From the NCBI RefSeq assembly GCF_009914755.1, contig NC_060936.1: a DNA stretch of 64,000 nt, one strand, 5' to 3'. Below, piece after piece: positions 1-17,915 of the stretch; within the stretch, counting starts at the first letter, position 1, and each line of letters opens with the position of its first letter. Origin of the DNA: the human T2T-CHM13v2.0 reference genome, Homo sapiens. The notes beneath the pieces were generated by a model. The model worked only from the letters and a program-made list of their open reading frames with translations, made no database searches and was not told the DNA's origin. A program made the translations under genes and the position numbers.

Positions 1-92
1 CCCCAGTGAAGTTGTGTGACTTTGGATTTGCCAAGATTGACCAAGGTGACTTGATGACACCCCAGTTCACCCCTTATTATGTAGCACCCCAG
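1..92 (+). CDS. MAPKAPK5: MAPKAPK5 coding exon (probably exon 7, 5' end outside window): DFG motif and activation loop
   Basis: Translates (A)PVKLCDFGFAKIDQGDLMTPQFTPYYVAPQ; activation-loop Thr codon ACA at 57-59; donor CAG|GTAAGC at 92/93, phase 0. Confidence 0.97.
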
Positions 93-448
93 GTAAGCAT
101 GTGCGGTTTCTGTCCTAAGATCTGTCACCAAGCTGCCCATCAACTCGTGTTCCTTCTATTCTACAGCACAAGTAGGCATATATTACAGATGGGAGGGGGA
201 GAACTTAGCTTTAGAAACCTACAGATTGCTTTATTTGGTGTAGATCTTTTATTCTTTTAAAATCAACTTTAGCCAGGTGCGGTGGCTCACGCCTTTAATC
301 CCAGCACTTTGGGAGGCTGAGGCGGGTGGATTACAAGTTCAGGAGATGGAGACCATCCTGGATAACACGGTGAAACCCTGTCTCTACTAAAAAAAATATA
401 AAAAATTAGCCGAGTGTGGTGGCGCACACCTGTAATTCGTGCTACTCA

Positions 449-583
<135 letters not shown>

Positions 584-1433
584 TTATTGAGGTATGATTT
601 AGAAGTATGATTTACATACAGTAAAATACCTCCACTTCAAGGAGAGTTTGATGAGTTGTGACAAATATATACCCCATATGGCGACCACCACATTGAAGAT
701 GTGGAACACGCCCCTCACTTCACAAGCTGCCTGTGCCACTTTGCAGTCAGTCCCCTCCCAACTTAACCCCTGGCCCTAGGCAACCACTGACATGCTTTCT
801 GTCATTATTGGTTAGTTTTGCCTGTTGAAGAATTTCAGAAAAATGTAATCGTGGACTTTGTATGCTTCATTTCTTTTGCTTAGCATGTTTTTGAGATTTG
901 TCCATGTTCCTGCATTTATCACTCGTTAATTCCTTTTCATTGCCAAGTAGTATTTCATTATATACCTAAGCTGCATTTGTTTTTTCCATTCACTGACAGG
1001 ATTTTGGGTTGTTTCTCATTTTTGGCTATTATGAAGAAAGCTGCTAGGAACACTTCTTTTACAGTTTTTGGGGGACATGTTCCCCCATGCCCATATCTTT
1101 TTTCCAAAATGGCTATACCATTTTATGCGTCTACCAGCAACGTATAGAGTTCCAGTCATTTCACATTTTTACTAACGCCTCATGCTTGTTGCTTGTCAGC
1201 ATTTGTCATCTTAGTCATTCTGGTAGCGGGCAGAGTATTACTTCATTATAGTTTTAATCACGACATTGTCCTGATGGCCACTATTTTGGAGCACTTTTTG
1301 TACATGTGTATTGGCCATTCTGTTGTAAGTATGGGCATTCATCTTTTGCCATTTTGTTATTGTTGGTTTCTTGTTAAAGAATTGAGGTATAAGAATTTTA
1401 AAATATTCTGGACACAGGTTCTTTGCCATATGT

Positions 1434-1870
1434 ATGTTGTATTCTTACTGCTGCTGTAACATATTGTCACAAACTTAGTAGATAAAAACAACAGAAATGT
1501 ATTATCTTATACTTCTGGAAATGAGAAGTCTGAAATGGTACTCAGTGCTATAATCAAGGTGTCAGCAGGGCTGTGTTCCTTCTGGAGGCATTTCTTGCCT
1601 TTTCCAGCTTCTAGAGGCTGCCTACATTATTTGGCTTGTAGCCTCTTCCTTCATCATCAGAGCCAGTAGCATAGCATCTTCCAATGAGTGTCTCTCTCTA
1701 TGACTTTGACCCTCTTGCCTGCCTCTTATAAGGACCCTACTGATCACATTGGCCTTACCTAGATAACTCCCCATTTTAAGATTCTTAACTTAATTGTTCT
1801 GCAATACAAGGTAAAATAATCCCAGGGATTATAACATGGACATCTTGGGGGGCCATTATTCTGCCTTCCA
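1434..1870 (-). mobile_element. MaLR LTR (MLT1-type) solo LTR
   Basis: GCTGCTGTAACA..CACAAACTTAG..AAACAACAGAAAT..AAGGTGTCAGCAGGGCTG..GGGGCCATTATTCTGCC, characteristic of MLT1. Confidence 0.75.
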
Positions 1871-2234
1871 TATATATATCATGAATATTCATCTCAGTCT
1901 GTGACTTGCCTTTTAATTTTCTTAATGGCCTTTGAATAGCAGAAGTTTTGAATTTTAATGAAGTCTGTTTCACCATTTTTTTTTTAATGCTTAGTACTTT
2001 TTGTTCCTAAGATCCACAAGCATAAATATTTTCTCTGATGTTTTCTTATAAGAGGTTATAGCTTTAGCTTTTACATTTGGGTCTGTAATTCATCTGAGTT
2101 TGTGTGTGTATGAAATGAGAGACCAGGTTCTTTTTTTCCCCCTTAAGGGTGTCAAGTTGTTGCAGCATCATTGGTAAAATGTTTTTTACAAATCATCATT
2201 TGTAAAAGGATTTGTAAAAGGATTGCATCATTGA

Positions 2235-2435
<201 letters not shown>

Positions 2436-2978
2436 TAGTAGAGACGGGGTTTCACCATGTTGGCCAGGATGGTCTTGATCTCTTGACCTCGTGATCCGCC
2501 TGCTTCGGCCTCCCAAAGTGCTGGGATTACAGGCATGAGCCACTGCGCCTGGCCTGAATTGCAGTTTTGTTGAAAACCAGCTGGCCATATATCTGTTGGT
2601 CTTTTCTGGATTCTATTCTGTTTGTTTAATATATGTATGTGTCTATAGCAAGAGCATCTGCATTATTGTAGCTTTATATTATATCTTGACTTCAGATTCA
2701 TTCTTTTTCAAAATTGTTTTGGCTATTCTAGATCCTTTGCATTTCTCTACATTTTAGAATTCACTTCTGTATAACAGAAAAGCCTCCTGGGATTTGACTG
2801 GGGTGGTATTTAATCTATAGGTGAATTTGGAGAGAACTGATATCTTAACAATATAAGTCTCCCAATCGATGAACAAGGTATATATCTCTCCATTTGTTTA
2901 GGTCTTTAATTTTCCTAAAAAATGTTTATGCTTCTTAATGTTACAGGTCTTGCACATATTTTCTTAAATTTATCCTTA

Positions 2979-3287
<309 letters not shown>

Positions 3288-3342
3288 CTAGAGTGAAACT
3301 GCGTCTCAAAAAAAAAAAAATTCATTTTCTAATTTTAACTAG

Positions 3343-3894
<552 letters not shown>

Positions 3895-4922
3895 TAGCCA
3901 GGATGGTCTCAATCTCCTGACCTCATGATCTGCCTACCTTGGCCTCCCAAAGTGCTGAGATTACAGGCGTGAGCCACTGCACCCGGCCCATACTAGTGAT
4001 TTTTGTATATTGACTTTGTGTCTTGGGACCTTCCTAAATTCATTTATTAAATCTAGTAAATTTTTTGTAGATTTATTAGGATTTTCTTTTTTTTCTTTTT
4101 CTTTTTTGAGAGCCTAAAAGTGGGCATGCCTCTTCTGTTGCTCGGCCTTTAGTGTTGGGTTTGAGGGTTAAATCAGTCTACTCAAAAGTTGAGCTGAGTG
4201 TGAGTTTTGTTGTTGCTATCGTTGTCTTCAGTGCCTCAGTGGCATGGGATTCCTGTTTTGTTACCTTATGGTTAGGTGGGATCTGAAATGCCATTTTTTT
4301 TAAAATTTAAAAAAAATTTTTTTAAAATATTCCACTTCTACCCTCAGTCTTGGCCTTGCTAGTGCACCTGTACCTCAGAGGGGATCTCTCTTTACAGTCT
4401 TGGCCCCCCCTTAGCAATAGATTGCTGTCAGTTACTGCTTGGTCCCTGCAAGCCTGCAGAAAGGGAGATGGCAATGGGGGACCGAGAGGTATCTGTTTCT
4501 CTGCTGTTGGGCAGGACCTGTGTTCTTGAGTCTCATGAATATCTGGTGGAAGTCTGTGCAGAAGAGTATGGGAGCAGGCATGAGTCTTCCTTGTTTGTAT
4601 GGCTCCTAGAGGGTCTGTACTCTTATCCTAGCCCACATTTTGCCTTTAGCAGTTTGTTAAAAACCTCGCTGAATTCTTTTTACCCAAATGGCATGTGATA
4701 TCACTTCCTCCTGCGCTCTGCCATAGGTGAGCCAGCTTTCACTCCCCATCTCTCCTTGGAAGGGCCTGACTTAAAGATTTCCGAATAATTGGTTAACCTG
4801 AGACCTGATCTTTGATGGGTTCAAAAAAAGTGATGGGCCGGGCGCAGTGGCTTACCCCTGTAATCCCAGCAGTTTGGGAGGCTGAGGGGGGTGGATCACT
4901 TGAGGTCAGGGGTTCAAGACTA

Positions 4923-5153
<231 letters not shown>

Positions 5154-5213
5154 TTATCTTTGACACTTTCCAGCTTTCTATATCCTAGCAGAAACAGAAA
5201 TCCCAACAATTTG

Positions 5214-5390
5214 GGTGGAAGGAGGGTGAGGATCAAAAAACTACCTATGTGGTATTATGCTTATATAAAACCTGGGTGATGAAATAATCTGTATACCAAA
5301 CCCCTGTGAAGACACTGCAGTTCACCTATATAATTAACATGCATAAAGCACATGTACCCCTGAACCCAAAATAAAAGTTAAAAAAAAAAA
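5214..5390 (+). mobile_element. Short 5'-truncated L1P 3' end with TSD
   Basis: CCTGGGTGATGAAATAATCTGTA..CATGTACCCCTGAAC..AAATAAAAGTT plus A-tail; TSD TCCCAACAATTTG at 5201-5213 and 5392-5404. Confidence 0.8.
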
Positions 5391-5900
5391 GTCCCAACAA
5401 TTTGATTATGTATGCATTCTTGTTCCTTTGTTTTTCCTGCCAGGGATCTCTTGAGCTCCTGGGATCTGTTGGTTTATGGTGTTTATCAAATAAACACCAT
5501 ATCAAATAAAAATTAGGAAATTTTTCAGACATCATCTCTTCAACGATTTTTCTACTCCTCTACTTGTTTTCTGAGACTTCCAATCAATGACATATATATT
5601 AGACTGTACAGGGAACTGGAGTTCTGATCTTTTGTATTTTCATCCTTTTTTCCTTTTCTTTCATCCTTTTTTTTCTTTCTGCTTTCCCTTCCCTTCTTCC
5701 CTTCTGATATATACTCAATAGTGGCACTGCTGGATGATAAGGTATTTCTAGTTTTAATTTTTTTAGGAAGCTTCCCACTGTTTTCCATAGTGGTCATACT
5801 AATACACATTCTTACAGTGTACAAAGGCTCCCTTTTTTCCACATCATTGTTAACACTTGTTATCTTTTATCTTTTTTAATAGCCACTGTAAAAGGTGTGA

Positions 5901-6149
<249 letters not shown>

Positions 6150-6563
6150 TGAACTCCTAACCTCAGGTGATCCACTCGCCTTGACCTCCCAAAGTGCTGG
6201 GATTACAGGTGTGAGCCACCATGCCCAGCCTGTTTTTTTTTTCTTTAATATTTCTGGCCTACAAATGACTCCATTTGCTTATTTTTTTAATGCAGTGTAT
6301 GAAAGTTTCAGGTCTTCTGCATTTTCACCTGCATTTGGTATGGTCAGTCTTTTTTATTTTGGCCATTTTAGTGTATATGTAGTGGTATTTCTTTGTAGTT
6401 TTAATTTGCATTCCCTAATGAGTAATGATGTCTGCCATCTTTTCTTTTGTGTACACATTTGTGTATGCACCTGCCTTCTGTATATTTTCTTCGGGAAGTG
6501 TCTGTTCAGACCTTTTCTGTATTTACAAAATTGGGTTGTTTATTTTCTTATTACTGAATTTGA

Positions 6564-6884
<321 letters not shown>

Positions 6885-7319
6885 TGATCTACCACGTCCA
6901 GCTGACTCTGACTCTTTTTTTTTTTTTTTTTAAACTCTCCCAGGTTGTCAAGAGATGGATACGAATCTTTTATTAGATCTGTGCTTTGCAAAGATTTTCT
7001 CCCAGTCTGTGGCTTATCTTTTCATTCTTTAACAGTGTCTTTTGAGGAGCAGAAAATTCTAATTTTCATGAATGCCAGTTTATCAGAAAACTTTTTTAAG
7101 GCCTGTGCTTTTGGTTTCCTATGTTGAAAATCTTTGTCTCACCCAAGATCAGTCTCCTATGTTTTCTTCTAGAAGTTTTATATAGTGTTAGGTTTTACAT
7201 TTAGGTCTGTGATCCATGTTGAGTCAATTTTTATATAATGCATGAGGTATGGATCCAAGTTCACTTATTAGCATTTGGATGTCCAGTTGTTCTAGCACCA
7301 TTTGTTGTTCTATTTATTT

Positions 7320-7350
<31 letters not shown>

Positions 7351-7353
7351 TGA

Positions 7354-7536
<183 letters not shown>

Positions 7537-8199
7537 TAGCCAGGATAGTCTCGATCTCCTGACCTCGTGATCCTCCTGCCTCGGCCTCCCAAAGTGCTGG
7601 GATTACAGACGTGAGCCACCATGCCCCGCCTTAATTTTTATCTTTTAAGCCCCACCCTCAGAAGCAACCGTTCATGAAAAAGGCTGTCTTTTCTCTGCGG
7701 CATTGCTTTTGAGCCTTTGTCAAAAATCATGGAGCATATATGTGTGAATTTATTTTTGGACTCTTTATTCTATTCCATTGATCTCTTTATCTATCTTTAC
7801 CCCAATACCACACTGTCTTGATTACTGTAGCTTTATAATAATTCTTGAAATCAGGTAGCGTTGGCCCTCCACCTTTGTTCTTCATTTTCAAAGTTGTTTT
7901 TGCTATTCTGACTTCCTTGCATTTCCATGTGAACTTTACAGTCAGCTGTTGATTTCTATAAAAAAGCCTACTGGGAGTTTTGACTGGGGTTGTTTTAGAG
8001 CTATCATTCAATGTGGAAGTGCTGAGATTTTAGTGATATTGAGTCTTCTGACCTATGAGCAAGCTGTATCACTCCATTCATGTTTGTCTCATAATTTTGC
8101 TCAGCAATATTATGTAGTCAGTTTATAGGTCTCTCACATATTTGTGAGATTTATTCTTAATGCTTGATATTTTTTCTGCTGTTGTGAATGGTGTTTTAT

Positions 8200-9157
<958 letters not shown>

Positions 9158-9358
9158 TGAGTATTTCCCTGGCTGATGGATAAATTACTGGTTGTAAGAA
9201 AAAAACGTTTTTGGAAGTGTAGTGTTTATGTGGAGTTTTTTTTCGATGGCTGATTGCCAGTTGTTTACCTCCTTCAGTCTCATAGTAGCCTGTCTCAAGG
9301 CAGGTTATCGGTGGTGTGATTTTCATTAAATGGTCCCCTTTGGTCTGACTCTTGACAG

Positions 9359-9439
9359 GTACTGGAGGCGCAAAGAAGGCATCAGAAGGAGAAATCTGGC
9401 ATCATACCTACCTCACCGACGCCCTACACTTACAACAAG
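9359..9439 (+). CDS. MAPKAPK5: MAPKAPK5 coding exon (exon 8), 81 nt
   Basis: cttgacag|GTA CTG...AAC AAG|gtacag; VLEAQRRHQKEKSGIIPTSPTPYTYNK; phase 0-0, continues the previous exon. Confidence 0.96.
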
Positions 9440-9564
9440 GTACAGGAAGAGATATTTCTCTTCATTTGACAGATGCAGCCCCTCTCCTTTAGTGAGGTGT
9501 TTGTGGCCCTCTGGGAGTGTGGCCAATTCCTTTCTCACCCCTTAATATTCCTGCCCCAAAGAAG

Positions 9565-9694
9565 CAGCCAGACTCGCAGAAAAGTATTTGGAATTCAAGT
9601 TTTTGTTTGATGAAATATCAGATAAGGTTCAGCCAGACTCGCAGAAAAGTATTTGGAATTCAAGTTTTTGTTTAATGAAATATCAAATAAAGTT
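9565..9694. repeat. 65-bp tandem duplication (2 copies)
   Basis: CAGCCAGACTCGCAGAAAAGTATTTGGAATTCAAG... at 9565-9629 and 9630-9694; 3 mismatches. Confidence 0.92.
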
Positions 9695-9971
9695 TGTACC
9701 CAATTAGCTTTTGCAGTGGTAATTAGGGACCGTGATCATCAGTCAGGTTATTTTTTTGACTGTCCATATGGTCCACTGGCCACACTGAAAACATATGGTT
9801 GGCTTGTGTTTTTGAGGTGGAGGCCATTTCTGAGACACAGACGCTAGAGAACACTTTGTGGTCATTTATGGCACCATTCTTTGTTACCCCATAAAACACC
9901 CAGCTTAGAACAGTATCTGATACACATAGCAAGGGCTCCTAAGTGTTACTTGGTAATATTACGGTTCTTAA

Positions 9972-10535
<564 letters not shown>

Positions 10536-11028
10536 TGAATTCCTGACCTCAGGTGATCCACTCGCCTCGGCCTCACAAAGAGCTGGGATTACAGGCGTGA
10601 GCCACCGTGCCCAGCCGATCCTATCTGTTCTAAAGCACAAGAGGTTTAGGGCCTCTAGAAATAGGCCCTGGAGTCACTGAGTAAGTAGATCAGAAAAAAG
10701 ATGCTACTTGGGGACTTGAGGCTAGATATAGATGACAGAAGGGGCTGAGAATGGTAAAAAGGCAGTAGGCTGGGACACTTGCTGTGGCTCCACTACTCTT
10801 AATCTGTGTAACATTGGTGAGGTCACTTGGTTTCACTCTTGACAGAGGACCTGAGAGATGACATGATCTCTGCAGTATTAGTTCCCTTTCTGGAAAGTGA
10901 GGGATTGAAGGTCCCTTTCCACCCCTGTAATTTTATTCTGTGATTCTGTTCTACAGCATGGGCTGTGTCATCCACAAATATCTACTAGTATAATGTGAAA
11001 ACATGGGCAGGCCTGGCGCAGTGGCTCA

Positions 11029-11340
<312 letters not shown>

Positions 11341-11988
11341 TTATGCAGAGCACCGCACAGCTGTGGTGTGAGGGGGAGTGTGGGGCCCCAGTGGCAGGCT
11401 CACGGGGCTGCCATCTTAGGCAGGCACCTCTTTTATCTCGCTGTTCAAGAAAGGCTTGAATTGAAGCCTCTGCAAACCCAGTTTTCAAAGCAAATGGAGC
11501 TGCATTTAACTAAAATAGGAGTCCTTTATGCAGTGATATAGGCCATGGAGTCACCTTACTACCTGCAGACATGGTAGTTGGTAGCAGTTTTCTTTTTTTC
11601 ACAGTATCTTCCCCCAGAATGGTGTAAGAGCTTGCAAATGGACCTAGTGAGTCCTTCATGGTCAAAGGAATGCATTTAGACCTTCTGTTCTTCCCTCCAG
11701 TCCTCTCCATGATCTGTGTCAAACTGCTTTGGGCCTTTATGAAGTGGCCTGTGCTGTACTGTAGGTGAGCCTACCTGTCTCTTAGTTGCTTTGTTTCTAC
11801 ATAGAGGTTTCACAACCAGCTGGTTTATATTTATTTCTTTTCTGGCTGGGGCAAAGCATCCTATACCTGTACACAGGGATCAGATAGGTGCTTGGGCCTA
11901 AAGAGTGAGAATGAAAGTACCTGTACATTTTATCCCAGACTGGCTTTGTATGATGGGATGCATGTATGTAGTATTGGCAGCTTATTGA

Positions 11989-12138
<150 letters not shown>

Positions 12139-12491
12139 TAGCCAGGCGGCATGGTGGCACATGCCTGTAATCCCAGCTACTCAGGAGGCTGAGGCAGGAG
12201 GAATTGCTTGAACCTGGGAGGCGGAGGTTGCAGTGAGCTGAGATTACGCCACTGCACTCCAGCCTGGGCAACAGAGCAAGACTCTGTCTCAAAGAAAAAA
12301 AAAGAAAGAAAGAAAATATGGAGATAAAGACTAGTTCTCCTAAGACTTCCTTCAGCTTTCCTAGTCTCTGTTAAGTGACTCTAGTTTATATCAGCCTATA
12401 TATTGCAGGGGCTATTCCTGAGCCTGTCATGGGGTGTTTATTTGGGGGCTCTGCTTCTGCTGTGAGTGACCATTTTCTTTTTTGCTTTCAG

Positions 12492-12679
12492 AGCTGTGAC
12501 TTGTGGTCCCTAGGGGTGATTATCTATGTGATGCTGTGCGGATACCCTCCTTTTTACTCCAAACACCACAGCCGGACTATCCCAAAGGATATGCGAAGAA
12601 AGATCATGACAGGCAGTTTTGAGTTCCCAGAGGAAGAGTGGAGTCAGATCTCAGAGATGGCCAAAGATGTTGTGAGGAA
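12492..12679 (+). CDS. MAPKAPK5: MAPKAPK5 coding exon (exon 9), kinase subdomains IX-X, 188 nt
   Basis: tttgctttcag|AGC TGT GAC...; SCDLWSLGVIIYVMLCGYPPFYSKHHSRTIPKDMRRKIMTGSFEFPEEEWSQISEMAKDVVR(K); donor AA|gtgagt, phase 2. Confidence 0.97.
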
Positions 12680-13035
12680 GTGAGTTCACGGGCTGCTGGG
12701 CATGGAGGCCAAGGAGGCCTCCAGGTGGTGGAGCACAAGGGAATGTGGGTAGAGAAAAGTCACTGGTTTCCTAGGCAGGCTCCTCCCCGTTTTAATATCA
12801 CAGAAATCTCTCTGGAGCCTGAGGTGACTGTTCTCAGTGTCCACACCTTGGTGCGAATGAAGCTTTCCTCCCTCCTGTTGCATCCCTAGACTTTGTCCCC
12901 AGGGTGTGAACCCAGGTCCCTCCATAGGCAGTCTCTGCACATTAATTCAAGACCCTAAATTATAGACCTGGTGTGCTGTCCTTCTTACCTGTGAGCTGGC
13001 ATGTCATTTGGGACAGATACAATGCCAGGAGGTGA

Positions 13036-13272
<237 letters not shown>

Positions 13273-14826
13273 TAACACGCCCAGCTCATTTTTGTATTTT
13301 AAGTAGAGATGGGGTTTGACCATGTTGGCCAGGCTGGTCTCAAACTACTGATCTCAAGCGATCTGCCCGCCTCGGCCTTCCCAAGTGCTGGGATTACAGG
13401 CGTGAGCCACCGCACCCAGCTGCTCTGGCATATCTTAAGATGGGAAGATTTAGTCAGAATTAGGGCTAGTGAGTGGATGAGGGAGAGTTGATATTCAGAG
13501 TCTTTTGGTAGCTGTAGGACTAGGTAAGAAGTCAGGCCTAAATTAGAATATGTTTGTTTTTTCTGCCCACCTGTGTGGGAGGCTGGGTGCCCATGGACTT
13601 AGGCACTGCCCCTGTCTTCCCACTGCTGGGTCTTCACTGAGCAGTGTCTCCCTTGTTGGTCTCAGTTTCTTCCTCTATAATGGGATGAAGGTACATGTTT
13701 AGGGGCAACACCTGGGAGCTGTCTCCCAACAGTACAGCCATTTCTCCGTGGAAATTACTCCCTTTCAAAAGTAAGCTTGTCCTGTTGATTAGAAGGTGGG
13801 GGTTGGGGGCAGGTTCTGTGTGCTATAAAGAGGGACTGTTTTCTAAAATAGACAAGTACAAGTTTTTAGGAACGTGGGTGCAATGATTAAATCACCATCT
13901 GTCTTGACATGCTATTTCCTTGCTGTATTCCCAGCTATTTGACCAAAACCTCAATGTCCTGTAAGTAGTTCTTTGCCAGTTTTCTATAGAATACATTTCC
14001 TGTCCCTAGAGCAACACTGATTATCTTTTTGGTTTTGGGATCTTCCAGATAATCCTTTCTTTAGAATCTGAAGCCATCTGTTCAGAATGATCCAGAAGAA
14101 GGTGGCAGACAAGCTGAAGGAGCAGTTAGGCATGTTGTCCTGACATTTGTAATGAGAGATGGAGTTGGAAGGAGGGAACGGGCTGAGATGAGCTAGGAAC
14201 CACATCAGTGGGAATGAACAAGATGGAAAGAAGCATGATCTGAAGGCAGACAGCACAGAAGCAACACCCTGGGCTTAGAAGGAAATGCCATCCCTGTCTC
14301 AGAGACTCTAGGTTTTTAGCTTTTGAATGTCTGTGGAATAATGGGCTCATGTCCTGCCATATGGTGACATCTAGGAGTTTTATATTGGGTAGCAACCTGC
14401 TTTTCCAGAACCTCATGACCCTTCAACTAATTCTGCAGCCACTATCAGCCAAAAAGAGCACTCTGAGTTCCTTTTGGAAGTTAAAGCCCATTGTCCTAGA
14501 AACCTCAGTATGGAGATTCAAGGTCTGAGGAACTATAAGCCATATGTAGGATTACCTTATTAAACCCTAGAACTCAAAAGTATCACTGGATTAAGCCCTT
14601 TTCTACCATTTTAATCTCACTTTTTCCAGTATACAAAGGACTGCCTCAAGCCATAGTACCCCTACAAGTGGTTGGAGACTAGAATCCCATCTGTGCTCTG
14701 CAGGTGGAAAGCCCAGGCTTGCAGAAGTCAGAAGTAACCAGAACTGTTTAGAGCCAGGTCCAGGAACTTCCTATGGCCTTTTGGTAGCAACTGTGCATGG
14801 CAGCCCTGTTGGCGTTTTCTCCACAG

Positions 14827-14947
14827 GCTCCTGAAGGTCAAACCGGAGGAGAGACTCACCATCGAGGGAGTGCTGGACCACCCCTGGCTCAATTCCACCG
14901 AGGCCCTGGATAATGTGCTGCCTTCTGCTCAGCTGATGATGGACAAG
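14827..14947 (+). CDS. MAPKAPK5: MAPKAPK5 coding exon (exon 10), kinase subdomain XI, 121 nt
   Basis: ttctccacag|G CTC CTG AAG...; LLKVKPEERLTIEGVLDHPWLNSTEALDNVLPSAQLMMDK; donor AAG|gttttg. Confidence 0.96.
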
Positions 14948-16723
14948 GTTTTGAATGATGTTTACTTTGTTGGCTGAAAAGACTGTGTTGGGAAGGAATG
15001 CTGGGGCTTGGCTCAGTGAGGGGTTAGAGGCAAAACAGTGCAGAGTACACGATCCTTCCCAGAGAAACATCTCTGGTTTCCTGAGAGTCAGGATCCAAAA
15101 TAAGGAATTTCTTTCGGTAAAAGACCAAATCAAGGCCTGGTGAATATAAACTAAGGGAGCACTCAAAGGAATAGCCTCCATATTTCTGCTACAGGGCTGC
15201 GGGCACAGAACAGTTTAAGATACCCTCCCTTTCCCCAAGGGGTTTAAATAAGACTGGCTGGGAAGGCAAGGCCAATAAACATGAAACAAAGAGGGAACAT
15301 TTCAAATATCAGAGCTTTGCATGTTAACTTTCCTGTGAATGCTGTGGGAATTCAGAAAAAGAGCACATCTTTGAAGGGATGTAATTTTCCCAAAGAGAAG
15401 GCAGAACCCCTCACATGTATTAACTGTCTTCTGTGTTGCAGCATCTGAGTTCTTTCTCATGTTCGGACATGCGCTGTCCTTGAAGAATTTGAGTAGACAG
15501 TGTAAACGCCCATGCGTGGCGAACAGCATAAGCAAAAAAACACATGCAAATACATCATCGGGAAAAATAATTTGGCCTCACTAATGGGAAGTTAATGAGA
15601 TGGGTGTGGCAGGGCCAGGCTTTGCAAGTGGACAGAGGGGTTTAAGTCTTAGTGGGATGCAGCTGAGAGGCCATAGTAGCTTTTTGAGAAGAGATTTGCC
15701 ACTAGGAAGGTATTTAGAGATAGTCAGACTTGGCGACTTGCAGACTTGCCAGCCTAATACTTCTGCAGTAATCTAGAAGTCGGAGGTGGCTGTGGGAGCA
15801 GAGAAGTAGAGGTGAATGAACAGGCTAAATATTTTTGAAGAAAAATTTCTACAGTTTTTCGTGATAGACTAGATATAAGGGGACAGTTGTGGCATATCTG
15901 GTGATAACATTGACAGATTAGGAAGGAGGCTGGTTTGGGTGAGAGGGAGTCTTTTAGGTTTTAGATATTGTTTGAGATGGCAGAGGAACATTCAAATGAA
16001 TGAGATTTATAGGGTGGGACCATAGTGTGGCTGTGAGCTCAAAGCGGTGACACAGACTTGAGTGTTAACAGCTTTGAAGGGGTAGGGTGGAAGTGTTAGA
16101 CGTCTCTTTCTAAGTTTAGCTGGAGCATGGAAGAAAAAGGAGAACTGGAAAGTACAGTTCTCTGCCTTCTCTTTGATTTGTGGGTGGTTGTCTTCCTGTT
16201 GTCCAGAAATGGTTTGGTCATTCAAAAATCCAAAGGGATTACTTAGATCCTGGTTGTCAGCACATAGAGGTTACTCAAGATCTTAAAAATGAGGAGATAA
16301 GGCCAGGCATGGTGGCTTACGCCTGTAATCCCAGCAGTTTTGAGAGGCTGAGGCAGGCAGATCACTTGAGGTCAAGAGTTCCAGACTAGCCTGGCCAACA
16401 TGAGGAAACCCCATCTCTACTGAAAATACAAAAATTAGCTGGGCGTGGTGGCATGCGCCTGTAATCCCAGCTACTCTGGAGGTTGAGGCAGGAGAATTGC
16501 TTGAACCTGGCAGCGGCAGAGGTTGCAGTGAGTCAAGACTGCACCACTGCACTCCAGCCTGGGAGACAGAGCAAGACTCTCTCAAAAAAATTCTTGTTGT
16601 GAAAATTCAGGTGGTACAGCCGTGTTAAAAAGTAAAAGTTCCCTTTCATTCCCTGCCACAGTCACACCCCTCAGAGGTGAGGTAATCTATGGCTTGATGT
16701 ATACTTCCTGATCGTTTTCTGGG

Positions 16724-16725
<2 letters not shown>

Positions 16726-16764
<39 letters not shown>
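16726..16764. repeat. (CA)n microsatellite
   Basis: About 19 perfect AC units. Confidence 0.95.
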
Positions 16765-16765
<1 letters not shown>

Positions 16766-17396
16766 TCTGTCCTTCTTTTAAAGTACAAAAATGGAAAAAA
16801 AAATACAAAAATGGGATCATATTCCTATGAAGCCTTCTGATGATTTCGTCTGCCCGTAGTGAGATTATACACTGTTCATAAAAGCACAAACTTCCAGAGT
16901 TCCAGACTCCATGACAGCTATTTCTCACTGTAAATTACTTGACTGGTTGTGGCCTCGGTCATGTGGCCTCAGCCTTGGCCATGTGAGATGGTCAGGGCTC
17001 TGAGCTGTCAGGGCTGAGGTGAATCAATACCGTCTGTAAGGCTTCTTGGGCAGCAGCCTGCCAGCCTTTCCGCTGATGTCCATATGTGCCTCTTTACACT
17101 TCCCCTCAGTAGTGGCTTTGAGTGGGGTTCCTGCTGGTATTTCTTACTCGCATTTCTGTCCCCCCACCAGGGAAGAAGGGCTAGTTGTTGTGTGACCTTT
17201 GGTTGGCCTGGTGTTTCCTGGTTCCTGTTGATCCATGGGGAAAAGTCCTTTGCCTTATCAAAATATTTATATTCCTTCAGCATAAGAGTGAAATTACCTT
17301 CTTAGTACTTTGAGCTTTTCCTTTCCACTTTCTTAGACTGGCTTTTTAGGTGCCCAGCAATGAATATGAAAAACTGACGGCAGTGTTTGCATTCAG

Positions 17397-17527
17397 GCAG
17401 TGGTTGCAGGAATCCAGCAGGCTCACGCGGAACAGTTGGCCAACATGAGAATCCAGGATCTGAAAGTCAGCCTCAAACCCCTGCACTCAGTGAACAACCC
17501 CATTCTGCGGAAGAGGAAGTTACTTGG
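17397..17527 (+). CDS. MAPKAPK5: MAPKAPK5 coding exon (exon 11), NES and basic NLS/p38-docking region, 131 nt
   Basis: gcattcag|GCA GTG...; AVVAGIQQAHAEQLANMRIQDLKVSLKPLHSVNNPILRKRKLL(G); donor GG|gtaact, phase 2. Confidence 0.96.
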
Positions 17528-17793
17528 GTAACTGAGCTTATTTCTTCGATTCTTCTTCATGGCTGGAATGGCTGAGTACTGGGTTCTGAAATTTAAGAAA
17601 TTTAACTTGCTCAGCTAGGGGTCTTTAGCCTCTGAAGAGGGTGGAGAGGATAAGTTCTTTAAATAGTATCAGGAGTTGGACACTATTGTTATTTTTCTGA
17701 TACATCTGTTGCCTTATGTTTAGAGGTAATATCTGTCCAGAGTTGGTTTTTGGGGTCTCACGTTGTCATTACCCCTCCCTCAAACTCTTAAAG

Positions 17794-17915
17794 CACCAAG
17801 CCAAAGGACAGTGTCTATATCCACGACCATGAGAATGGAGCCGAGGATTCCAATGTTGCCTTGGAAAAACTCCGAGATGTGATTGCTCAGTGTATTCTCC
17901 CCCAGGCTGGTAAAG
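17794..17915 (+). CDS. MAPKAPK5: MAPKAPK5 coding exon (exon 12) with two donors (ends at 17909 or 17915)
   Basis: ctcttaaag|C ACC AAG...; TKPKDSVYIHDHENGAEDSNVALEKLRDVIAQCILPQA(GK); G|GTAAAG and AAG|GTCACA donors 6 nt apart, both phase 1. Confidence 0.95.

Noticed and set aside
9565-9694. CRISPR-like repeat
   Set aside because: Two abutting copies with no spacer in a eukaryotic intron; a simple tandem duplication.
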